The notes beneath the pieces are model-generated. The model searched no databases and had not been told where the DNA came from. It worked only from the letters and a program-made list of their open reading frames with translations. From Alkalispirochaeta sp. (lineage in GTDB: Bacteria; Spirochaetota; Spirochaetia; DSM-27196; Alkalispirochaetaceae): a stretch of DNA of 64,000 bases. Within the stretch, counting starts at the first letter, position 1; every line of letters starts with the position of its first letter. Both the position numbers and the translations under genes were made by a program. The stretch covers positions 3,072,001 through 3,136,000 of the forward strand of contig OZ271854.1 in NCBI GenBank assembly GCA_965601925.1, written 5' to 3'. Below are positions 39,767-49,251 of the stretch, in pieces.

Positions 39767-40819
39767 CTATTGGTCGTCCGTCACCATCGTCGTGAGGTGG
39801 TGGCGCGTCAACTGGCCCATTGAGCGCGCTTCCAAAAAGTCGTCGTCGCGATGATATCGGGCGAGTCCGCCGGCGAGCTCGCGTACGCGATCGGGGGTCG
39901 ATATCTCGTCCTGCTCCATGCAGTACAAGAGGTCGTCGACGCGCGACCACGCCGTTCGTAACCGCCGCGCCATGAGACTGCGCTCCTCTTTCTGGTATTG
40001 ACGAATCGTTGCCGTGTCCAGAAGGCGCCACACCAAGTCGACCATCGTCTGGTTCTCTTCGTAGAACTGCGGGAGATACACCCTGAGCTCGCCCTCGTGG
40101 CTCTGTTGGTCGAAGTCGATCGCGCGTACCCGAATCTGATTCATGTCGAAGTCCTGGGTTATCACGACTACATAGTTGTAGCTGCGCATGTCGCCCAGAA
40201 GTTTGGCAAAGCAGCGCTCGGAGAATTTGACGAACTCTTTGGCGATGCGAATGCGCGCCTCCTCGGCGCCGAGATCGCGGTTTTTGAGAAAGACGTCTCC
40301 CGGAACGCCGGCGATGTGCTCCTCGATGAGCGTATCGCCCTGCGCGAGAAAGTCGATACGGTTGGGAGCCAGAATGTGTTCGAGTTCCAACCCATAGATG
40401 CGCGAGGCGTCGGCACGCTTGACGTAGTAGTAGTCGTGGTTGTCGTTGTAGCGATTCACGACTCGCACACGAAAGGGCTTGGAGTTGCCGAAGTTGCAAT
40501 ACTCCACGCGGCTGATGTAGAGGTGGTCGGTAAAGCCCGGATCGTCGGGCGTTTTTAGCCACGCATAGATCTTGGTCAGCTCCCGCGCCAGAGTCTCCCA
40601 CTCCCGTTGGGGGTAGATGACCCAGTCCCAGTAGGTGTCCTCGCCGGCATCGTTCTGCATCGGATAGCTTTCCATGTAGTCCAACAGGTCGCCGTACGCC
40701 ATGGAAAAGGGCGCTTTGCGATGGTAGTGCTCCAGGTACTCGTCAAACATCCTGGAGACGGGGTAGGTGGCCTTTTTCTTGGAGATATGGACGAACGCGC
40801 TCGTCGGAATTCGGCGCAT
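39767..40819 (-). CDS. Hypothetical protein with atypical (HipA/PI3K-like) kinase motifs
   Basis: Long ORF with YYVK, ELE, GDMRSYN (DxxxxN) and AIDFD in canonical kinase order. Confidence 0.6.
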   Translation of the reverse strand: MRRIPTSAFVHISKKKATYPVSRMFDEYLEHYHRKAPFSMAYGDLLDYMESYPMQNDAGEDTYWDWVIYPQREWETLARELTKIYAWLKTPDDPGFTDHLYISRVEYCNFGNSKPFRVRVVNRYNDNHDYYYVKRADASRIYGLELEHILAPNRIDFLAQGDTLIEEHIAGVPGDVFLKNRDLGAEEARIRIAKEFVKFSERCFAKLLGDMRSYNYVVVITQDFDMNQIRVRAIDFDQQSHEGELRVYLPQFYEENQTMVDLVWRLLDTATIRQYQKEERSLMARRLRTAWSRVDDLLYCMEQDEISTPDRVRELAGGLARYHRDDDFLEARSMGQLTRHHLTTMVTDDQ

Positions 40820-41045
40820 GGCCCGTACCGTAGCACGCCTTTGCCCATTGTTGATAGAATCGGCATATGGCTGGACTGCTCATTTTCGTGGGGATCGGCA
40901 TCATCTTCGTGACGCTCTTGAAGGTGCAGTCGCGAAAGGACGGGAGCGACCGTCGAAGACGACGGCGCGGCGACGGTTGCAAGGACTGTGGGGACGAGTA
41001 AATGGCGTTACGACGTGGAATCGCTCGCTCACATAGGTGTGGGTC

Positions 41046-41471
41046 ATGATTAGAGAGATCTCGATACGAATCGAAAACGAGCCGGGACGCATTCATACTG
41101 TGGCGCGGTCTCTGGGCGAGGCGGGGATTAACATTGTCGCCTTAAGCGTGGCGGACGGCGAGACGACCGGCCTTTTACGGCTCGTCGTATCCGATGTGGT
41201 GCGCGCCCGCACCGCGTTGATGCAGTTGCAGCTGCCGGCCTCTATCGGCGAAGTTCTCGCCGTAGCGATTACCGACGCGCCGGGCGCCTTAGCCGGCGTC
41301 CTTGGGCCGTTGGAGAGCGCGCACCTCGACCTGCGATATCTCTACGCCTTTCGTCGTCCCGGCACGGAGATCGCCGTGGTGGTACTGCACACCGAGGACA
41401 ACGCGCGCGCCGCGACCCTGATGGAGAGTGCGGGATTCGAACTCTTGGACGAGGGGTCGCTCCATGGGTAG
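41046..41471 (+). CDS. Tandem ACT-domain protein
   Basis: ENEPGR....L.EAGINI.ALS and DAPGALA.VL..L. Confidence 0.85.
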   Translation: MIREISIRIENEPGRIHTVARSLGEAGINIVALSVADGETTGLLRLVVSDVVRARTALMQLQLPASIGEVLAVAITDAPGALAGVLGPLESAHLDLRYLYAFRRPGTEIAVVVLHTEDNARAATLMESAGFELLDEGSLHG

Positions 41472-42411
41472 GGTCGCAGTCGTAGGAGCCGGACCGGTCG
41501 GAAGCGTCGTCGCCGCGGTGTTGGCGTCGGCGGGGCACCCGGTCGCGATTTGCGAGATATCCGACGAGGTGCGCGAATCCGTCCGCAGCGACGGCATCAC
41601 CCTGCGGGGTGCGCGCACACTCTCGGTGTCGCCCGACTCGTTCGGTGCGCTGCACAGCGGTGTCGAGGCGCTCGCCGACGATCCGCCGGAGATACTGTTT
41701 CTGTGCGTCAAGGCGACGGCGCTGCCGCTGATTTCATCGGCGATCGCCGATTTTGCACCTCCCGAAACGACGATCGTGAGCTGGCAGAACGGGATCGATA
41801 CCGAGCGGGTCCTCGCAGACACGTTCCCCGACGAACGTATCGTCCGTGCGGTCGTCAACTACGGTGTAAGCGGCGCTCCCGGCGGCGTGCGGGTCAGCTT
41901 CGAACATCCTCCGCACTATCTCCAGGAACTCTCTCCCGACGGCGCAGAGCGGGCGCGCACCGTCGCCGCCCTTCTCAGCACGGCGGGCCTCGAGACGCAT
42001 CGTGCCGAGAATCTGGTGAGTATGGTTTGGAAAAAGGCGATTCTCAACGCGTCACTCAACGCGCTGTGCGGTCTTACGGGCCTGAACATGGAGGAGGCGA
42101 CGCGGGACAGCTACGCCTGGGACCTCGCCGATAACATTCTAAAGGAGAGCATCGTCGTGGCGCGGGCCAACGAGATTTGGCTCGGCTCGGAGTTTTATCG
42201 GTGGGCGGCGCAGTATATGCATACCGCCGGAGCGCACAGGCCTTCGATGCTCTTGGACTTATCTGCGGGACGACGCACCGAGATCGATTTCATCAACGGC
42301 AAGATCGTCGAGTACGGCCGCCAAGCCGGCGTACCGACACCGTACAACGCGGCGATGGTCGCTCTGGTAAAAGCGCGGGAGAAGCAACTGGCCAAAGGTG
42401 TCGTCTCGTAA
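41464..42411 (+). CDS. panE: 2-dehydropantoate 2-reductase (ketopantoate reductase family)
   Basis: GAGPVG, VKA, QNG, WKK..LN and SML.D..GR.TEIDFING. Confidence 0.85.
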   Translation: MGRVAVVGAGPVGSVVAAVLASAGHPVAICEISDEVRESVRSDGITLRGARTLSVSPDSFGALHSGVEALADDPPEILFLCVKATALPLISSAIADFAPPETTIVSWQNGIDTERVLADTFPDERIVRAVVNYGVSGAPGGVRVSFEHPPHYLQELSPDGAERARTVAALLSTAGLETHRAENLVSMVWKKAILNASLNALCGLTGLNMEEATRDSYAWDLADNILKESIVVARANEIWLGSEFYRWAAQYMHTAGAHRPSMLLDLSAGRRTEIDFINGKIVEYGRQAGVPTPYNAAMVALVKAREKQLAKGVVS

Positions 42412-42451
42412 CGCACGGTCTGCGGCACAGCACGGTATCCCGACCAAACGT

Positions 42452-43726
42452 TCACCCCGAGACGCGGTTGCGCCCCTGTTCTTTTGCGCGATAGAGCTCC
42501 TCGTCGGCGATGCGCACTAAGCTATCCACGGTGTGGGAGAGCGCCCGCGGCCGAGCCTCGCGCACTGCGCCCAGACTGGCGATCCCGATACTGACGGTGA
42601 CGGCACGTCCCGAGAGAACGTCCGTGCGCTCTACGGCGAGTCGCACTCGCTCGGCCGTTGCCACGGCGCCCGCGCGATCGGTCTCGGGAAGGACGATAAC
42701 GAACTCCTCACCGCCCCACCTTCCGATCCGGTCGCTGGGTCGGAGATTCTCCTGTATTTGGGCGGCGATACCGCGCAGCGCCGCGTCCCCGGCGTCGTGA
42801 CCGTACTCGTCGTTGATCGTCTTGAAGTGGTCGACATCGGCCATCAACACCGACAGCGGATGGCTATGACGATGGGCGCGGGCGAGTTCGCGGTCGAGCT
42901 CCTCGGTAATTTTGCGCCGGTTCGGTACGCCCGTGAGCGTGTCGATCTCCGACAAATAGCGCAGATCCTCTTCGATCTTTTTGCGGTCGGTGATATCGCG
43001 CGACGACCCGACGAGTTGGACGATTTTGTCCCCCTTGCGAACCGGAGACAATTGGGTGTGCCAAATGCGCCGACCCATCGGCAGATCGAGCGTCTCTTCG
43101 TAACTGATCGGGAAACCGTTCTCGACGCACTCGCGATAGCGTCCGGAGATCGCCGCTCCCGCGTCCTCGCCGTAGATCTCCTCCGGCGTCTTCCCGCGCA
43201 CGCGGTCGGTGGTAAGGCCGGTCAGCCGTTCGTGCGTGGCCGAGAGCTTGCGCATGCGAAACGGACGCTCCCCGGAGGAGACATCGATGAGCATCATCGC
43301 GTCTTGGGTGTTGGAGAAGATGGCGTCGAACTCGATGATCGTCCGGTCGAGGGTGCGACGAATCTCCTTTTCCGCCGAGATGTCGTGCTGTATGCCGATA
43401 TAAGAGCTTATCGAGCCGTCCGGCTCGGTAACCGGCGCGATGATCTGAAACGCGCAGTAGAGCGAACCGTCGCGGCGGCGATTGACGATCTCCTCCTGCC
43501 ACCGCCGACCGCTACGAATCGACTCCCACATGTGCTGATAGTACTCCGCCGGCATCTCTCCCGAGCTAAGAATCGATATCGGTCGGTCCAATATCTCCTC
43601 ATTGGTGTACCCGGTCAGTGCAAGAAAGGCGGGGTTAGCGTACTGTATGCGGCCCTGTGCGTCGGTGATGTAGATACCGTGATGGGCCGCCTCGACCGCA
43701 CGTAGTAGTAGCTCTTGCTTTACCAT
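42452..43726 (-). CDS. PAS-PAS-GGDEF diguanylate cyclase
   Basis: Two PAS domains, D.LTG.PNR, DVDHFK.IND.YGH..GD, RPSD I-site and intact GGEEF. Confidence 0.93.
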   Translation of the reverse strand: MVKQELLLRAVEAAHHGIYITDAQGRIQYANPAFLALTGYTNEEILDRPISILSSGEMPAEYYQHMWESIRSGRRWQEEIVNRRRDGSLYCAFQIIAPVTEPDGSISSYIGIQHDISAEKEIRRTLDRTIIEFDAIFSNTQDAMMLIDVSSGERPFRMRKLSATHERLTGLTTDRVRGKTPEEIYGEDAGAAISGRYRECVENGFPISYEETLDLPMGRRIWHTQLSPVRKGDKIVQLVGSSRDITDRKKIEEDLRYLSEIDTLTGVPNRRKITEELDRELARAHRHSHPLSVLMADVDHFKTINDEYGHDAGDAALRGIAAQIQENLRPSDRIGRWGGEEFVIVLPETDRAGAVATAERVRLAVERTDVLSGRAVTVSIGIASLGAVREARPRALSHTVDSLVRIADEELYRAKEQGRNRVSG

Positions 43727-43860
43727 TTTGATGTCAACGTCCCGTTGCGTTCCGTCTCGTTACGTGAAGACACCCGGGCGTCGGGGCTCCGCTGTGCCGT
43801 GAGAGGGCAGTATAGCAGAGATCGTCCACGGTATTGTAGACCCATCCGCCTCCTCCCGCA

Positions 43861-45975
43861 TCAATCGGGTGCGAGCCTGTAGAGTGCAAAGCTGCGTCCC
43901 TCTACGAATATCGTAGAGAGGCGTACACTGGACTTGCCGCTCGCTATCTCCAACACCCATCGCCCGGCCGGTTGCGGCGGCACGGTGAATCGGCGTCGAT
44001 GGGCCGCCGCGTGCAGGATAAGCAGGAAGGTGTCGTCGGTCTCCTGGCGGCCCTCATCACTCACGAAGCGACTCCCGGCCTCGCCGCTCAGCAGTATCTG
44101 AAGGCTCGAAAGGTTCGCTTGATTCCAGTCGTCGTCGCTCATGAGACGCCCCTCGGGAGAGAGCCACGTCACGTCGCGCACCGTCGTACCGGGAATTTCG
44201 CGACCGTGAAAAAACCGAGAGCGCCGAAAGACGATGTGGTTTCGGCGAATGTCGATCACCCGCCGTGTAAAGGCGAGTATGTCGCCCGCCTCAGCATCTA
44301 AATCGTCCCACGGAACCCAACTCAGCGGTCCGTCGTGACAATACGCGTTGTTGTTGCCGTCCTGGGTGCGACCCAACTCGTCCCCGGCGGTCATCATCGG
44401 CACGCCTTGGCTGAGAAACAGAGAACCGATGAAGTTTTGCATCTGGCGCAGTCTGAGTGCGCCGATCTTTTTGTTCGAGGTCGGCCCCTCCGCGCCGCAG
44501 TTCCAGCTATGGTTGTGGTCCGAACCGTCGAGATTCTCCTCGCCGTTGGCTTCGTTACGCTTATGGTTGTAGGTCACCAAGTCGCGCAGCGTAAAGCCGT
44601 CGTGGCAGGTGACGTAGTTAATGCCCGCCCACGGACGCCGACTGCGATGGAAGTAGATGTCGCTTGATCCGGACATGCGCGAGGCGAGTTCGCCCAACAC
44701 GCCGCCGTCGCCCTTCCAGAAGCGTCTCAGCGTGTCGCGGTACCGATCGTTCCACTCGCTCCATCCCGGCGGGAAGTTACCGACCTGATAGCCGCCGTTG
44801 CCCGTGTCCCACGGTTCGGCGATGAGCTTGACGCTCGAGAGAAGGGGATCTTGGGCCACTACTTCCAGAAAGGCGGCGTCACGGTCGTACGCTCCGTCCC
44901 TCCCCCGGGCGAGCGATACGGCGAGGTCGAATCGGAAGCCGTCCACCTTCATGACGTCGCTCCAGTAACGCAGAGAGTCGGCGACCATACGCATTACCTG
45001 GGGATGACCGAGATTCAGCGTATTGCCGGTGCCGGTATAGTCCATGTAGTAGCGCGGGTTCTCCTCGCTCAGGTGGTAATAACTGCGGTTGTCGATCCCG
45101 CGAAAAGAAAGGTGCGGACCCAGATGATTTCCCTCACCGGTATGGTTGTAGACCACATCGAGCAGCACTTCGAGTCCCGCGTCGTGCATCACCTGCACGT
45201 AGCTCTTGAAGTCCTGGAGGAGTCCGCGGTTGAGATACACCTCATCGGGCGCGAAAAATCCGATCGTGTTGTATCCCCAATAGTTCGTCAGACCTCGATC
45301 GACCAGATGGCGATCGCGGGCAAAGGTGTGGATCGGCAAAAGTTCGACGGCGGTGATGCCCAAATCGGTAAGGTAGGCCAGAATCTCCCGATTTGCGAGA
45401 GCGGCAAAGGTACCCTTCTCCTCCTCCGGTATCGCCGGGTGACGCATGGTAAATCCCCGGGCGTGCATCTCGTAGATGATCGTGCAGTCCCACGGCGTCT
45501 CCGGCTTGGGGCTGCGACCCCACGTAAAGGCGGTATCCACCACCTCGCACTTCGGCATGAACGGGGCGCTGTCTCGGGTGTCGAAGGTAAGATCGCCGGC
45601 GGCCGCTCCCATACGATAGGCGAATAGGGCGTCGTGCCAGTGAATCTGGCCGCGAATCGACCGTGCGTACGGATCCAACAGAAGCTTGTGATGGTTGAAC
45701 CGGTGCCCCTTCTCGGGTGCGTAGGGGCCGTACACGCGATACCCGTACCGGTGGCCGGGGCGCACGTCCGGAAGGTAAGCGTGCCAGATTTGGTGCGTGT
45801 ACTCGGGTAACGAAATGCGCGCCACCTCGCGGTTGCCGGTGTCGTCAAAGAGGCATAACTCCACCCGTTCCGCGTGGGCGGAGAAGAGCGCAAAGTTGGT
45901 GCCGCTCCCGTCCCACGTAGAACCTAACGGATAGGGTCGTCCGGGCCACACCCGGTAGGCGTTGTGATGCGGCAT
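43861..45975 (-). CDS. glgX: Glycogen debranching enzyme (GH13 isoamylase)
   Basis: YPLG, NYWGY, DVVYNH, DGFRFD, IAEPWD, CHDGFTL and QDGNNNAYC. Confidence 0.95.
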   Translation of the reverse strand: MPHHNAYRVWPGRPYPLGSTWDGSGTNFALFSAHAERVELCLFDDTGNREVARISLPEYTHQIWHAYLPDVRPGHRYGYRVYGPYAPEKGHRFNHHKLLLDPYARSIRGQIHWHDALFAYRMGAAAGDLTFDTRDSAPFMPKCEVVDTAFTWGRSPKPETPWDCTIIYEMHARGFTMRHPAIPEEEKGTFAALANREILAYLTDLGITAVELLPIHTFARDRHLVDRGLTNYWGYNTIGFFAPDEVYLNRGLLQDFKSYVQVMHDAGLEVLLDVVYNHTGEGNHLGPHLSFRGIDNRSYYHLSEENPRYYMDYTGTGNTLNLGHPQVMRMVADSLRYWSDVMKVDGFRFDLAVSLARGRDGAYDRDAAFLEVVAQDPLLSSVKLIAEPWDTGNGGYQVGNFPPGWSEWNDRYRDTLRRFWKGDGGVLGELASRMSGSSDIYFHRSRRPWAGINYVTCHDGFTLRDLVTYNHKRNEANGEENLDGSDHNHSWNCGAEGPTSNKKIGALRLRQMQNFIGSLFLSQGVPMMTAGDELGRTQDGNNNAYCHDGPLSWVPWDDLDAEAGDILAFTRRVIDIRRNHIVFRRSRFFHGREIPGTTVRDVTWLSPEGRLMSDDDWNQANLSSLQILLSGEAGSRFVSDEGRQETDDTFLLILHAAAHRRRFTVPPQPAGRWVLEIASGKSSVRLSTIFVEGRSFALYRLAPD

Positions 45976-46083
45976 CGTTAACAAGCCTACGGCACCTTGG
46001 GCACGATTACAACGGCGTTCGGTCGGTTGGAGAGTGAAAGCCGAATCTTGACATATTGCGCGGGAGTTACATACTTCCAATGC

Positions 46084-47376
46084 ATGGCACACATTTCTCC
46101 CAAGGTCGGTATCGTTCTCTGCCTTTTGGTGCTCGGCGCGGCCCCCTCGGTCGTCGCGCGGGGTGCCGCAGAGCGGGGTGAGACGACCGAGGAGGTCGTC
46201 GTAGTCCCGTCATGGGTACAGTCGATCATTGACGAGGATTACGGCGCACTCTATCCCGGTGACGATGGCGGCGGATACATCGGCATCGGAGTCGGCGCTA
46301 CGCGCGAGGAGGCACTCGCAGCCGCTGCAGTCGACTTCGCCGGAAATGTCTCGACGGTGGTGAACACGTCCGTACAGGAGCGCGGTAGGGCGATCGAGGG
46401 AGGAGAGGCGCAGTTCGACGTGATCGTCGAGTCGGAGGTTCGCAGTCAGGCGATCGTCTCCGGGCTGGAACCGAATGTCTGGGAGGATCCGCGCGCCCAG
46501 GTAGTGTACGCTCTCTATCGGACCACGGTTGACGAGTACGATCGACGGCTCGAACAGTGGATCACCACTATGGAGGCGATCTCCGAAGCGGAGCGACGAC
46601 GCGAGATTCAACGCGTCGAGAACGAGCGCGCAGCGGCCGAGCGGCGCCTTGAGGAGATCAAACTGGAGGAGCTTCAGGAACAGGTGCGACTCGCCGATCG
46701 GCAGATGCGCGCCAACCGGTACCGTGATTTTCTCTATCAGCCGCTACCGGTGAGGATGCGCGGCGTTCCGACCGGATACGTCCCGCGCCCGGGAAGCTCC
46801 GAGCTCTCCATAGCGTATCGGGCCGGTTTTGACGAGACGGGATTTGACGGAAGCTGGGATTTCGGGCTATGGGACGTCTTTCTCCTCGGAGTCTCGGGCG
46901 AAGCGGTCGATGTCGACGGCGGCGACTACCAAAGCTCGATCACCGGCAGAGCGATGGTACGTCTACTCGATCGCGTCGGTTGGGTCGTAAGTACGACCGT
47001 CTCGCTCGGCGCGTACGGCGGCATGGACTTCGACGAGTTCGAGGACTTCGAAGAACCCGAATCGGTGATCGGTCCCTTTGTCGTCGCCGACGTTCTCGTT
47101 CCGGAGTTTGCCCGCACACGATATAGCCTCTACGTCGGGACCGATGTGATCCACGGCCGCGCCGCCTGGTACCCTTTCTGGGATTCGATCGGCGACGCGG
47201 TAGCCGTCGGCGCACATGTTCGGAGTACCTTCGACAACGGACGGACGCTCGACCGGTGGGACGCGGCGGACTACTTCGGGCTGTCGCTCACCTTCCATCC
47301 CGTCGAGTCTTTTTGGATCACGCTGGAGAGTTATAACGTCTCGTACGTGCGAGGCACGGTCACAATCTCGTTCTGA
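46084..47376 (+). CDS. Exported protein with LPP20-like domain, coiled coil and probable C-terminal beta-barrel
   Basis: Signal peptide, PSW...YIGIG....EEA..AA...F, an E/R-rich helix, alternating beta-strands and C-terminal VRGTVTISF. Confidence 0.55.
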   Translation: MAHISPKVGIVLCLLVLGAAPSVVARGAAERGETTEEVVVVPSWVQSIIDEDYGALYPGDDGGGYIGIGVGATREEALAAAAVDFAGNVSTVVNTSVQERGRAIEGGEAQFDVIVESEVRSQAIVSGLEPNVWEDPRAQVVYALYRTTVDEYDRRLEQWITTMEAISEAERRREIQRVENERAAAERRLEEIKLEELQEQVRLADRQMRANRYRDFLYQPLPVRMRGVPTGYVPRPGSSELSIAYRAGFDETGFDGSWDFGLWDVFLLGVSGEAVDVDGGDYQSSITGRAMVRLLDRVGWVVSTTVSLGAYGGMDFDEFEDFEEPESVIGPFVVADVLVPEFARTRYSLYVGTDVIHGRAAWYPFWDSIGDAVAVGAHVRSTFDNGRTLDRWDAADYFGLSLTFHPVESFWITLESYNVSYVRGTVTISF

Positions 47377-47425
47377 GGTCGTGTGACAAACCCGGTCGCC
47401 TGAGAGCACCGGCGACGCGACGAAA

Positions 47426-49108
47426 CTACACGAGGTCCAGCATCGGCAGCGATCGCTCCCGGTTAAGGAGTTGATTCAACTCCCCGCTCGGCATCGGCTT
47501 GGCGAAGTAGAATCCCTGGAGGTAGTCCACAGGCAGCGTCTCCACGAGGGAGAGCTGCTGCTTGGTGCTGATCCCTTCGACGACGACCTGCTTGCCCCGG
47601 GAGCGTACCGTATTAACGATCCCCTTCAGATACTCCTCGTCGGTCGGGCTCTCACCCAACTCGGAGACGAAGTCCTTATCGATTTTTACTACCGTGACCG
47701 GTAGGTGCTTGAGATAGCTCAACGACGACTGACCGGTGCCGAAGTCGTCGATCCAGATCTCTATGCCCATCGCCTGTATCTCATGCATCGCAGTGTTCGA
47801 GTAGCGCGAGTTTTCTACGGTACGGCTCTCGGTGAGTTCCAACTTGAGGCGCGAGGGATTGCTAAGTCCCGTATCCTCGATCGCCTGTGCCACCACCAAC
47901 GGGAGCGAGGCGTCGGACAGATTGATCGCGCTGACGTTGAGCGTGAGAAACATCTCGGGTAGGTCGTTCCAACGTACGAGTTGGCGGCACGCCTGATAGA
48001 GCGCCAGCTTATCGATCGGCGCAATGAGCCGACTATCCTCGGCGATCTCGATGAAGCTTTCGGGCCCCAAGAGCCCCATTTGCGGATGGTTCCAACGCAT
48101 GAGCGCCTCGGCGCCGGCGATCCTCCCGTCGGGTCGTACGATCGGTTGGTAGTACAGTTCCAGTTCATCGCGTTCGAAGGCGCGTTTGAGCGCCGTCTTG
48201 AGCGCCAACCTATCGCTCGCCTGACGATGAACGCTACGATCAAAGTAGAGGAAGGGCTCTTTGATACGCTCCGCCTCGATCACCGCGGAGTTCGCGCAGT
48301 TAAACAGGCCGTCTGCGTCGCGCGCGTCGTCGGGATACAGCGATATTCCGACGTGGCAGCCCGGGGCGAGGTCGAGATCGCGGAAGCGATACGGTACGGT
48401 TACCGCGCTATGGATCTTTTCCGCGACGACGAGCGCATCCAGGCGCGTCGCTAGTTCGGGGAGGAGCACAACCAGATTGGTGCCCTCCCACCGAAAGACG
48501 TAGTCGCTCTTGCGTACCGTCTCTCGTATACGGAGTCCGGTATTTTCCAACAGAAGATCGCCAACCTGGTGGCCGTACATCTGGTTGATCTGCTTGAAGT
48601 CGTGGAGCATCACGAACAAGAGTGCCAAAACCGGACCGGTGCGCCCCGCGCGATACAACTCACGTCGGATGACCAACGGCAGGGAGTGCCGGTTGAGCAG
48701 ACCCGTAACCGGATCTTGCTGCTCCATACCACCGAACGTGCGAAGCATGCCAAACTGCTCGGGGGTCTCCAAGAAGAGTACGACGTTCGTTACCTCGCCC
48801 CCGGAATCGGCCGGAGGAGCGGGAACAAACCGTAACTCGTACTCCCCGCGCGCCTCGACGCCGAGTAACAGACCGCCGTCCGCGCGCTGTTCGTTGCCGC
48901 GAATCGCGCGTTGAATCGCCTTGGTCAACTCGTCCGCTCCTTCTTCACCGACGATATCGGCAACGGATCTACCGACCAATCCGTCGACGGTCCGTTCCAG
49001 TTGGGTCGCCGCGGTCCGGCTTGCAAAGACGATGCGGTATGTGTGATCGACGATGATAACGAAGCCCGAACACTGTTCGAGAGCGAAGCGCAGAAGAGCG
49101 AGATCCAT
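47426..49108 (-). CDS. PAS / degenerate GGDEF / EAL c-di-GMP phosphodiesterase
   Basis: GGDEF is replaced by EGTNL. The EAL side is intact (YQP, AEAL.RW, ELTE, DDFGTG, KID, EG, QGF). Confidence 0.9.
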   Translation of the reverse strand: MDLALLRFALEQCSGFVIIVDHTYRIVFASRTAATQLERTVDGLVGRSVADIVGEEGADELTKAIQRAIRGNEQRADGGLLLGVEARGEYELRFVPAPPADSGGEVTNVVLFLETPEQFGMLRTFGGMEQQDPVTGLLNRHSLPLVIRRELYRAGRTGPVLALLFVMLHDFKQINQMYGHQVGDLLLENTGLRIRETVRKSDYVFRWEGTNLVVLLPELATRLDALVVAEKIHSAVTVPYRFRDLDLAPGCHVGISLYPDDARDADGLFNCANSAVIEAERIKEPFLYFDRSVHRQASDRLALKTALKRAFERDELELYYQPIVRPDGRIAGAEALMRWNHPQMGLLGPESFIEIAEDSRLIAPIDKLALYQACRQLVRWNDLPEMFLTLNVSAINLSDASLPLVVAQAIEDTGLSNPSRLKLELTESRTVENSRYSNTAMHEIQAMGIEIWIDDFGTGQSSLSYLKHLPVTVVKIDKDFVSELGESPTDEEYLKGIVNTVRSRGKQVVVEGISTKQQLSLVETLPVDYLQGFYFAKPMPSGELNQLLNRERSLPMLDLV

Positions 49109-49216
49109 AATAAAAAGTATAGTGGCTATCGCGCAATCGTGACAGGGAACCTTTCCTATCGCTCGCACGTATCGGACCGACTGAAGGGGTGTGTGCCGTC
49201 GAGCGGCAATTCGATA

Positions 49217-49248
49217 TTGATTTGATAACTATACGCATGTATAGTTAT
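49217..49248 (+). promoter_or_regulatory. Promoter overlapped by a palindromic operator
   Basis: TTGATT-17-TATAGT (49217-49245) overlapped by ATAACTATAC-gcat-GTATAGTTAT (49225-49248). Confidence 0.65.
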
Positions 49249-49251
49249 TAC

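Noticed and set aside
49225..49248. Resemblance of the palindrome to loxP (ATAACT...GCAT...AGTTAT)
   Set aside because: Arms are 10 bp with a 4-bp spacer rather than 13+8+13. There is no recombinase nearby, and the position over a promoter fits an operator.
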